A program made the position numbers and the translations under genes. From a virus, in the UHGV virus genome UHGV-0160239: a stretch of 17,304 bases of DNA, one strand, 5' to 3'. Positions 7,436 through 15,043 of the stretch are shown here, one piece after another. Position 1 is the stretch's first letter. Every line of letters begins with the position of its first letter. The notes under the pieces were generated by a model. That model had not been told where the DNA came from. It did not search any database and saw only the letters and a program-made list of their open reading frames with translations.

Positions 7436-8378
7436 TCTCCCCTCCATAAGTAGTTGTGTTGAGTTCAGTCAGATAGTCAGAAAGATTTGGTGCAGCATTA
7501 TCGTCCACGGCCCAGGAACAAGAAATATTGAGACCAAACTTCTCATTAATCTGTTCACAAGCAAGGAGCCGAGGCTTCATGAACGACTCGCGCGAAGCGA
7601 GAACCTGACCAGAGTTCGCGCTCGCCTCCTCAACCACCATACGCTCACGCTTTTCGGAATTAACATTCATAATTCCGAGCATTGTAAGCGCTTCGCCCCA
7701 AATCTTGGACTTGGACTCCATGTGCTTGATTGAGGAAACAGCGCCCGCGCCAGCATTCTGATTTAGCGGAAACACACCAATCATATTAGCAAGATTATCC
7801 ATAGAAAGATTCTCGGTACCCCACACAACGGGTTCACCATCATAAATCCTGGAAATAAGATTCTGAACAGTGAGTCGCTGGTCCTGGCTGCAAGCAACAA
7901 TCATTGGGTTGCGCTCATTAAGTAGATCGATCTCGATTGTTCTGTCAATCTGTGCGAGTCTAGCGGCGTAAGACAAAACTAGGTCAATTTCTGGTTCGCG
8001 AACTTGGTTGCCCCAAATACATACACTATCTGAGGCACTAACCTCGCGACTGTAAATACCATTCCTAGACACTCTATATCCAGTAGGGTTATCCTGAATA
8101 TCGAGCGGACCAGAGATCGTTGCAGGCATCGCCATAAACATTTCAAACATCGTGTCGAAATAGAAAACCGAGTACCCGTTGTTGAAGATAGTTGCTTCAA
8201 TGAATCGAGGGTCAATCCCATTAGGAAGACCCTCCCAGGTAAACCGGGAAAGACACTTGCCCATCAACTGACGACGGTACATGTGCTCCAACTGTGCCTG
8301 CCGCGCTTCGCTCGAAGACGGAGGCTTAAGCATAATCTTGTTATAGATGCCGTTCTTAACGTAATCTGTTTTAGGCAT
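7407..8378 (-). CDS. Upper collar / connector (portal), phi29 gp10-like
   Basis: RFTWEGLPNGIDPRFIE, LTMLGIMNVNSEKRERMVVEE and RLLACEQINEKFGLNI motifs typical of picovirus connectors. Confidence 0.92.
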   Translation of the reverse strand: MPKTDYVKNGIYNKIMLKPPSSSEARQAQLEHMYRRQLMGKCLSRFTWEGLPNGIDPRFIEATIFNNGYSVFYFDTMFEMFMAMPATISGPLDIQDNPTGYRVSRNGIYSREVSASDSVCIWGNQVREPEIDLVLSYAARLAQIDRTIEIDLLNERNPMIVACSQDQRLTVQNLISRIYDGEPVVWGTENLSMDNLANMIGVFPLNQNAGAGAVSSIKHMESKSKIWGEALTMLGIMNVNSEKRERMVVEEASANSGQVLASRESFMKPRLLACEQINEKFGLNISCSWAVDDNAAPNLSDYLTELNTTTYGGENVGNDNNVA

Positions 8379-10566
8379 TCAGACTCACCTTAACCCTAGT
8401 ATCGATTCTGTTGTCCTTGAGCGCCGTCCTGCCAATTCTATCAGGGGATCGCCATACGGTCACACCCTTTTCAAAGATGCCCCTAATTGTTCCCTTGAAC
8501 GACTCAGGAATGTCACCCTTTTCGAGGTAGCACTCAACCAATTTCCAATATGTAAACTCTGTCATGAGAGACAGTGTGTCTGGAATCTTAATCCAAGTAT
8601 TCATCACATAACCATACCTCAGCCAGAACTGGCCAATTGCGTGCATGGCATTCTCAGAAACGAATCGCACACGACAATCAATAACAAACCCGTGCGAAAC
8701 CATCGGAGACACGTACCCCGCCGTCTGTCCTACAACAGACGGAGGAATAACCTGCATGTCCTGTCTTTGTGCGTTGATCGAAGAAATAGCGGTCTCATAA
8801 TCGCCATTAGCGGTGAACTGTGCGAGTTCGTAGTTAGTATCGCGTACAGTCCTTTGCTGTGTCTGACTAATTTGAGACGCGCCACTGGCCAACTGGTTTT
8901 GAATGTTGGCCGTGGACTGTGCTTGAGAATTGGAAATCATCGCGTTAACACCAGCAGTAGCAGCCTGCGCCATTCCTGCGCCAACGGCCTGACCATTAAG
9001 ATTCAGCGCCCCGCCAAGTGCCGTCATTCCGCCCTGCGCAGCCTGAACCGTAGCCCTCATGTTGTTATAGCGAGACTGAGAATCAGCCATAGCAGAATTA
9101 CCCCACATAGAGTTTTCTGCCCCAGCAGCAGTTGCAGCAATCCCGGCATTAGCAATATCCCTACTGGCAGTAGCAGCACGTTGGGCACGTTGCTGTTGCC
9201 ATTTCGCATTATTGACCTGTGCCGCAGCCGTGTGAGCACTGGATGCAAGGGCGTTCAGGGAGGCGTTGTTTACAGCAGAGAACGTTGGCAGTGACGTGTA
9301 GCCAGTACACATATCCCACGCCTCACCAATATCTTCAGTCACTTTCCCATCATAAATGTCAACAATGTTTCCCGTGTGAACCGTGTTGTAGTCGCGCAAA
9401 GTGAAAAACATTGAAGGGTTAGGTGGCGCAATGTGTGAATACTGCCTAATCTTGAGCCCTGGGGTCTTGACTGACTCGGGACGAAATTCAACGGGATTGC
9501 CTGAATATGTGGTCAACTCAAGAATGCAATAGGGGGCTGTGGCGAACTTTCTGAACTGTCGATACTCCTCAGGAAGGTAACTAAGTAGTTCGTCTCTGAA
9601 GTTGGCGTCATTAAGTGAGTAGTCTTTAGTAATGTAGACACTGGAATTATTCATAATGTACCAAGTGCCCTTGTTGCCATCGCTTCCAACATCTACAGCA
9701 GACCCTGCGCGCAAGTCAATAACGTCCCGAGGAACAATCGTGATTGACCCAATTCCTTGAGTGATCCATGGATACTGTGTCAATCCCGTCATTGCTTCTT
9801 TAAAGTTTGTAAAATCGCACGCATAAATAGTTGTGCCGTTAGGCAGTCCTTCGGCATTACTAGGAATTGCCATCTTCAACTTTGGGTCTGACTCCGTACC
9901 ATAGCCAGCTGCCTTCGCCAGATTAATTGTGGAAGTAACTACAACAACATACTCGCGTTCTTTTACGCGGGCCAACGTTTTCCGGTACGTCCTCATCACG
10001 CGATGCTCACCTCCCGTGTCAAGTCCTTCGGGCTGAACCAGCCACTTGCGGCCGTAGTTATCATTTGCGTCAGTTGCAGCAACGCCCATATGCCCGCGCT
10101 CAAGGTATGAACGGCCGAATTTTACGCGAGAATAGTAAGTTGACCACACATCAAGTTGGAGAGTTAACTGTGTGGTGTTTGGAGCAACGTAGTCGATTGA
10201 CGTGATAAAGTAAAAGAATGTGGTAGGAGTGTATCCTTCAAAGCCAGGCATGTCCGCAGGCTTGCCAGGGTTCTCAACCATCACATAGTTAAACTGATTC
10301 GCAACACTAAACGGCGTAGGAATACGAATCGGCCTCCCCTGCGCAAGGTAAGTCATCTTAGACAACTCAACCTTATTTCGCTTAGGCAATGAACGCACAT
10401 AATCCCTAGGGGTACGACCATAAGCATTCCAGTCAATAATGTCACGATATGTGTTATCAAAAGGAACATTAACCATAGAAAGCATAGTCCCAGCGGACCA
10501 CACACTATAATCGAACGACAAGCCCGCATTAGTGTCCGGCGGCAAATCATAAATCTGATTCGGCAT
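8371..10566 (-). CDS. Tail knob / tail tube protein (phi29 gp9-like)
   Basis: NVPFDNTY, FNYVMVEN, FFYFITSIDYVAPNTTQLTLQLDVWSTY...LERGH and a C-terminal IRGIFEKGVTVW. It lies between capsid and connector. Confidence 0.88.
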   Translation of the reverse strand: MPNQIYDLPPDTNAGLSFDYSVWSAGTMLSMVNVPFDNTYRDIIDWNAYGRTPRDYVRSLPKRNKVELSKMTYLAQGRPIRIPTPFSVANQFNYVMVENPGKPADMPGFEGYTPTTFFYFITSIDYVAPNTTQLTLQLDVWSTYYSRVKFGRSYLERGHMGVAATDANDNYGRKWLVQPEGLDTGGEHRVMRTYRKTLARVKEREYVVVVTSTINLAKAAGYGTESDPKLKMAIPSNAEGLPNGTTIYACDFTNFKEAMTGLTQYPWITQGIGSITIVPRDVIDLRAGSAVDVGSDGNKGTWYIMNNSSVYITKDYSLNDANFRDELLSYLPEEYRQFRKFATAPYCILELTTYSGNPVEFRPESVKTPGLKIRQYSHIAPPNPSMFFTLRDYNTVHTGNIVDIYDGKVTEDIGEAWDMCTGYTSLPTFSAVNNASLNALASSAHTAAAQVNNAKWQQQRAQRAATASRDIANAGIAATAAGAENSMWGNSAMADSQSRYNNMRATVQAAQGGMTALGGALNLNGQAVGAGMAQAATAGVNAMISNSQAQSTANIQNQLASGASQISQTQQRTVRDTNYELAQFTANGDYETAISSINAQRQDMQVIPPSVVGQTAGYVSPMVSHGFVIDCRVRFVSENAMHAIGQFWLRYGYVMNTWIKIPDTLSLMTEFTYWKLVECYLEKGDIPESFKGTIRGIFEKGVTVWRSPDRIGRTALKDNRIDTRVKVSLNA

Positions 10567-10581
10567 ACATCCTCCTAAACA

Positions 10582-10616
10582 AGCAAGGCCCCAACCCTTT
10601 CGGTTGGGGCCTTGCT
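10582..10616 (-). terminator. Intergenic 15-bp hairpin after the major capsid gene
   Basis: agcaaggccccaacc-ctttc-ggttggggccttgct is a perfect inverted repeat followed on the - strand by TGTTT. Confidence 0.7.
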
Positions 10617-10629
10617 CTATTGTAGCAGA

Positions 10630-11997
10630 CTACTTCTTGACCTGAATGCTAATCTCCTTATTCACAGGCTTACTGCCATTAGCGCCCTTAGTGTCAACAT
10701 TCACACCAAGCGTAAGGAACGCCTCCGGCTCGTCCGGTCCGATAGTAAGAACGCCGTCGTTGGAAATCTTAGTCCCCTTAGACTTGGAATTCTTAAGGTA
10801 CCAGTCCGTCGCGTAACCCTTATTTGCCGGGGCGGTCTTCCACTGAATCGCCGCCTGGCGAACAGCGCCCGGAGGCATGATTGTGGACTGTGTACCGTCA
10901 GGGCGCGTCACCGTGAGGTTCGTGATCTCGGCGTTAGTCTCAGCCTTGGGGGTAACAACAATCGTGTTCGGCTTAGTCCCGAACGCGATCGCCGGTGTAA
11001 ATGGCGAGGCGCTCAGAATAGACCAGTGGTGCAACCAGTAGTTGTCATAAAGACCCTCAGGGTTAGAAATGGTCCGGTTCTCAAGGAGAATATCCTTAAT
11101 AACGAAGAACTGCTTGCTGGTCAGAATGGCGGACGTGTCGTCCATTCCCAGCGTCTCGCCCGGAACCGTAATAATGTGAGACGGTGCCTCAGCGTCACTG
11201 CGGTTAAACGCGGCGGACAACGAAGTCACGTCAACGTTGGCCTTAAACTCGGGAGTGGTGATGAGAACCAGGTCCTCGGGCCGGGCAAACGAGTGCACCC
11301 CAGCACTGTTAAACGCCGGCGTCGGGTACTGCATCTTATTCGCAGCAACTCGCAGGGCCTTAAGCGCCGCGTCCACCTTATTCTTGTCGGGCTCAAACGT
11401 ATTCATATCGGAAATCTGCATCCGATAGAAACCGAAAGAGTCCTCATAGGTCTTAAACAGCCGAGTCATGTACAGGAACTCAGACCACTGGTCAGACGAC
11501 GCGGCAACGGCCATAGTCTGAGAAAGCATCTCAGAAAGACCATTATCCGAAAGGAAGGCCCTACGAAGAACGTCCCGGTTAAACGTAATCTTAAATTTCT
11601 CCTTACGGTTAATCGTGTGGAAGGCGCTCTTAACCGGGGGAGGAGCCTGCCCGAATACGTCGCGCTCAAGATAATCGCGCTGCTCTTCGTAAATCGTGGG
11701 CTTAATGTAGTCCATGTGAACTTCCTCGATAGTGTCTCCGAAGTTCATCATACCCTGCTTGAAAACTGCAAGGGGGTTCTTCCACGAAAGATCGCGAATA
11801 AGGGTTGAGCCGATTCGGTTAATCAGTGCCGACATAAACTCATTACGAGTAATGTTGTCAGACATAATTCCAGCAATGGTTTCCTGAATATTGGCCTTAG
11901 TGGCCTCAGGAACCATCGTCTGATAATCGTATCGCGCATCGCTGCGAATGGCGTTAAGAATGTCAATGTTTGTGGTGTCGTCGCGCAACTGTGGCAT
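10630..11997 (-). CDS. Major capsid protein (phi29 gp8-like, HK97 fold, C-terminal Ig-like domain)
   Basis: NEFMSALINRIG...WKNPLAVFKQG...GDTIEE and NPEGLYDNYWLH motifs. The beta-rich C-terminus (TKISNDGVLTIG) is Ig-like. Confidence 0.93.
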   Translation of the reverse strand: MPQLRDDTTNIDILNAIRSDARYDYQTMVPEATKANIQETIAGIMSDNITRNEFMSALINRIGSTLIRDLSWKNPLAVFKQGMMNFGDTIEEVHMDYIKPTIYEEQRDYLERDVFGQAPPPVKSAFHTINRKEKFKITFNRDVLRRAFLSDNGLSEMLSQTMAVAASSDQWSEFLYMTRLFKTYEDSFGFYRMQISDMNTFEPDKNKVDAALKALRVAANKMQYPTPAFNSAGVHSFARPEDLVLITTPEFKANVDVTSLSAAFNRSDAEAPSHIITVPGETLGMDDTSAILTSKQFFVIKDILLENRTISNPEGLYDNYWLHHWSILSASPFTPAIAFGTKPNTIVVTPKAETNAEITNLTVTRPDGTQSTIMPPGAVRQAAIQWKTAPANKGYATDWYLKNSKSKGTKISNDGVLTIGPDEPEAFLTLGVNVDTKGANGSKPVNKEISIQVKK

Positions 11998-11999
11998 AA

Positions 12000-13019
12000 T
12001 CAGTTATCCTTAAAAAGATCGTTAATTGACTTGGGGTTCCAACCAGAATCGGGAACCTTGCTATTCTCGTTATCGGAACTAGCGAAAAGTCCCGAAAGGC
12101 CGGCCAACGTCTTCCCGGTGTCTTTCACCGCCTTAGTGTCAATGCCTAGTGAGTCAACTATAGCATTTCCCGTGTCCTTCGCGGCGGCCCCAGCCGTCTC
12201 AGCCGCCGCCTTTCCCACAGAACCAATACCCTTGACCGTCTTCTCGGCGTCGCTCTTCGTGGCATCTAGCGTTGCCTTAACATCGTCCAGTTTCATTTCC
12301 TTGGACTCTGGAACGTCATCCCCAGCAAACGGGTTGTTGAGTTCCCGCTCCGTGGGCTCGAGTGCCTGGCCTAGGCGCCCCTCGAGTTCTGTCTGTAGTT
12401 TAGAGACCTTCTCGCCGAAAACCTCGGTGAGTTTCTGCCACGCCGCCTTAGTGTCGGCATAAGGGTCTTTCTTCTCTTCCTCAGGAACAATAGGGTCCCC
12501 CGGCTTAGTGTTTCCTTTCTCCTCGGAAACCTCAACTCCATTACCGTCAGTGTCGCCCGGATCGTACGCCTGAGTGCCCTTGTGGTCCTTAGGGTCTTCC
12601 CCCATGCGGCGCCACTCTTCGTCAGTGTGCTGGCCGCCATTCTGATTCTGAGCGGCCTCAGCCGCCTTCTTCGGGTTAGCGAGATCATCAGGATTGCTAG
12701 GCTTGACGCCCTTGTTGGCCTCGTGGCGGGCCTTCTGTTCCGCCTTGGCCTTAGCCATCCCCGCGTCTTCCTCAGCGACCTTCTTGGCTTCGCTCTCCCT
12801 TTCATTACCATAGTCCTCAGTGATTTTCTTATTTACGTCACTAGCAAAGTCGTTTGGGTTAGTAATCGCTTTCTTTGCTGAAGGTGTTGCAGCCTCTTTG
12901 GCCTTTCTCTTTTCGGCCGCTTCCTCCAACGCTTTCTTCGGCTGAATATCTCTATCATGCTTTGCCTTTTTATCTTGCGCTCGCTGTTGTGCAATATCTT
13001 CCTGAGTAATTCGAGACAT
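12000..13019 (-). CDS. Putative scaffolding / head morphogenesis protein (339 aa, K/E/A/D-rich)
   Basis: Strong AGGAGGA RBS and a highly charged, low-complexity sequence. It lies directly upstream of the capsid gene and ends in a short amphipathic SINDLF tail. Function is inferred from position only. Confidence 0.55.
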   Translation of the reverse strand: MSRITQEDIAQQRAQDKKAKHDRDIQPKKALEEAAEKRKAKEAATPSAKKAITNPNDFASDVNKKITEDYGNERESEAKKVAEEDAGMAKAKAEQKARHEANKGVKPSNPDDLANPKKAAEAAQNQNGGQHTDEEWRRMGEDPKDHKGTQAYDPGDTDGNGVEVSEEKGNTKPGDPIVPEEEKKDPYADTKAAWQKLTEVFGEKVSKLQTELEGRLGQALEPTERELNNPFAGDDVPESKEMKLDDVKATLDATKSDAEKTVKGIGSVGKAAAETAGAAAKDTGNAIVDSLGIDTKAVKDTGKTLAGLSGLFASSDNENSKVPDSGWNPKSINDLFKDN

Positions 13020-13034
13020 AATTCCTCCTAAAAG

Positions 13035-13066
13035 GGTAGGCTAGGAACTTACGTTCCTAGCCTACC
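13035..13066 (-). terminator. 14-bp hairpin with GNRA (GUAA) loop and short U-tract at the replication/structural boundary
   Basis: On the - strand: ggtaggctaggaac-gtaa-gttcctagcctacc-ctttt. Confidence 0.7.
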
Positions 13067-13160
13067 ATAATACCCAACTATCCGAAAGCGACCTTGAGGG
13101 GTGCTACCCAACCGAGCAAGGCCCAGTTCATTAGGTTGCTTCCTCGCAATCGGTCAAGAC
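13035..13160 (-). ncRNA. Candidate structured RNA (possible prohead RNA, pRNA)
   Basis: This is the largest non-coding gap in the genome. ACCGA-UU-GCGAGG (13154-13142) can pair with CCUUGC-UCGGU (13121-13111), followed by further stems and the terminal hairpin. The identity is inference. Confidence 0.35.
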
Positions 13161-13328
13161 TCACTTATCAGACTTGGGAGCATTCTTTGCCAGATACTCA
13201 ATAATCGCGGCCTCAACAATCTCCGAAGGGTCCTTGCGAAGCACCCAGTGCATCTCCTCGACGTCAGCAAGAACGGACTTGCTGAGACGGAACTTAGCGG
13301 TAGCGTGAGTAGAAACGGGACGTGCCAT
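13161..13328 (-). CDS. Small ribbon-helix-helix-like DNA-binding protein, 55 aa (MARPVSTHATAKFRLSKSVLADVEEMHWVLRKDPSEIVEAAIIEYLAKNAPKSDK), not in ORF track
   Basis: ATG 15 nt after the polymerase stop, with AAGGT upstream. An alternating beta strand (AKFRLS), helix A, and helix B (SEIVEAAIIEYL) fit the RHH pattern. Confidence 0.75.
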   Translation of the reverse strand: MARPVSTHATAKFRLSKSVLADVEEMHWVLRKDPSEIVEAAIIEYLAKNAPKSDK

Positions 13329-13342
13329 GATGATTACCAACC

Positions 13343-15043
13343 TTAATCAATCTTGAGTGTGAATGTTGTGTCTTTGAGGACTGTTCCTCCTGGGACCCTT
13401 ACAGGAATGAGTTTACCATTCCAAGTGCCGCCACGCAACATATCTTCCAATGTCAATGTGGCGGCCACGTTGCGAGGCATCCCCGCAATGTGTACATCTA
13501 GTTTACCATCAATTTCCTCTGCGTACTGCTTTGCGCGAATATAAACAGACTTTGTGACAGAACTCTCATGCTTCCATGCTCCCAGTTCTACGGGGTCAAC
13601 CCACAAAGAATCTGGGGGAGTGGTGGGACCAATCAAATGGAGCGAATCGGTGTCTGCGTAAGCAAATGTTTCATAATTATCTTGTGCTGCGCTAATAGTT
13701 TTCTTGCGGGCATATGCTGTAATGAAAACGCCCATTGGAGTATAAACGGGATCACGTGTTTCGGGTTCATTCATTACCAGCGATACGCAATTATCCTTGA
13801 GTGTAGGATGTTTACCAGTAATGTCGGGGTTAGTTGCAAACTTTCCATATAAACTGTTTAGGTGTAGTTTTGCAATTTGTCGTAATCCACCTGTACTATT
13901 TTTCTTAATCTCCATAAAGTGGTCAACGTAAGTGTCGAAAAACCCGTGTGAGCCGCGAAACTCAAACGTCCCATTCCATGAATAAATCTTAAAGTCATAA
14001 TGCTTTTTCCACAATTCAATATCAATATTCGTTGCAACTACTGTAGTCGGTTCTTTTACTTCCTCAAGATATTGTGTGGGATTAAATGAAAGATTCTTTT
14101 TAATCTGAATGCAGGGTATGTGGTTCGGTTTCAGTTTTGCTGTAAATGTTATCGACGCAATATAGAGAGGGCGGTTAGTTACAGGTGCGCCTTCAGAATA
14201 GATGGGGTCACCGTAGGGGAGTAGTGCCGTTCGCATCACTGAAGGATAAAGTGAGTTGACGTCATACACGCTTCCTTTGCCGTTCAGTTTCTTGGCGAAA
14301 CGGGGATCGGCGTATGTGAAACCGCCGCGATATGCCTTTCGTATCTCTGTGTCTATTTCAGGGGAGAGGATGGGGAACCTTCGAATGAACAGTTTTCCGG
14401 TCATCTTCTTATAGGTCGCCAGTGAATCGCTCCCTACCGTCAGTTTAGTCATCTTCTCGGCAAACTGGACTTCGAGTGCTTGGGCAACAATCGCAACGTC
14501 GTTTCGCTGGTATCGCTTTTCTTGCTCTGTAGGAATGTATCCTATTGGTCGAGGCTTCTCATAGTCAATTTCGAGTTTCTGGTCATGTAGGTTAAATGCT
14601 TTAGCAATTGCTTCAACCGACATTGGCAGTTTCTTAAATGAGTCCCTGAATTCAACTCGGAAACCTGTTTCAAAAACTACTGTGATTGAATAATACTTAC
14701 CCATTCGGGAAATCAAAGATGTAAATTCTTTGACCCCAGGATTTTCCTTAGTCCACTTATATCCATGCTTTAAAAGCCAATCGAGAATGAACGTGCCATC
14801 GAATGCTAGGTTGTGGAAATAAATATGTGCCGCGCGCTCAGAAATATGTGACATGAAACCATCAAGTGAAATGCCGTCAACATAATTCTGAAGTTTTCCT
14901 ACCTGAATAATGCCCCAGGACCAAACGCGACAATCTTCCTCAACCGTAGTCGTCTCAAAATCCGCACAAAACGAAGGAACCTTCTTGTGGCTACGCCTAA
15001 CGCCGCCCCTTGCGGGACTTGCGCTTATTGATTGGCGAACCAC
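13343..15043 (-). CDS. Protein-primed family B DNA polymerase (phi29-type)
   Basis: Exo I ADFETT, Exo II YFHNLAFDG, Exo III YQRND, YRGG, motif A YDVNSLYP, motif B KLHLNSLYGKF, motif C YADTDS, and KQY. GTG start with GGAGG RBS. Confidence 0.97.
   Translation of the reverse strand: MVRQSISASPARGGVRRSHKKVPSFCADFETTTVEEDCRVWSWGIIQVGKLQNYVDGISLDGFMSHISERAAHIYFHNLAFDGTFILDWLLKHGYKWTKENPGVKEFTSLISRMGKYYSITVVFETGFRVEFRDSFKKLPMSVEAIAKAFNLHDQKLEIDYEKPRPIGYIPTEQEKRYQRNDVAIVAQALEVQFAEKMTKLTVGSDSLATYKKMTGKLFIRRFPILSPEIDTEIRKAYRGGFTYADPRFAKKLNGKGSVYDVNSLYPSVMRTALLPYGDPIYSEGAPVTNRPLYIASITFTAKLKPNHIPCIQIKKNLSFNPTQYLEEVKEPTTVVATNIDIELWKKHYDFKIYSWNGTFEFRGSHGFFDTYVDHFMEIKKNSTGGLRQIAKLHLNSLYGKFATNPDITGKHPTLKDNCVSLVMNEPETRDPVYTPMGVFITAYARKKTISAAQDNYETFAYADTDSLHLIGPTTPPDSLWVDPVELGAWKHESSVTKSVYIRAKQYAEEIDGKLDVHIAGMPRNVAATLTLEDMLRGGTWNGKLIPVRVPGGTVLKDTTFTLKID

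Noticed and set aside
8641..9294. 217-aa + strand ORF and the other short alternative-frame ORFs inside structural, lysis and polymerase genes
   Set aside because: They are fully contained in well-supported genes and lack RBS and protein-like features.
10612..11808. 398-aa + strand ORF antisense to the major capsid gene
   Set aside because: Arg/Leu/Val-rich sequence with no recognisable motifs or RBS. It is best explained as a shadow of biased codon usage in the capsid gene.
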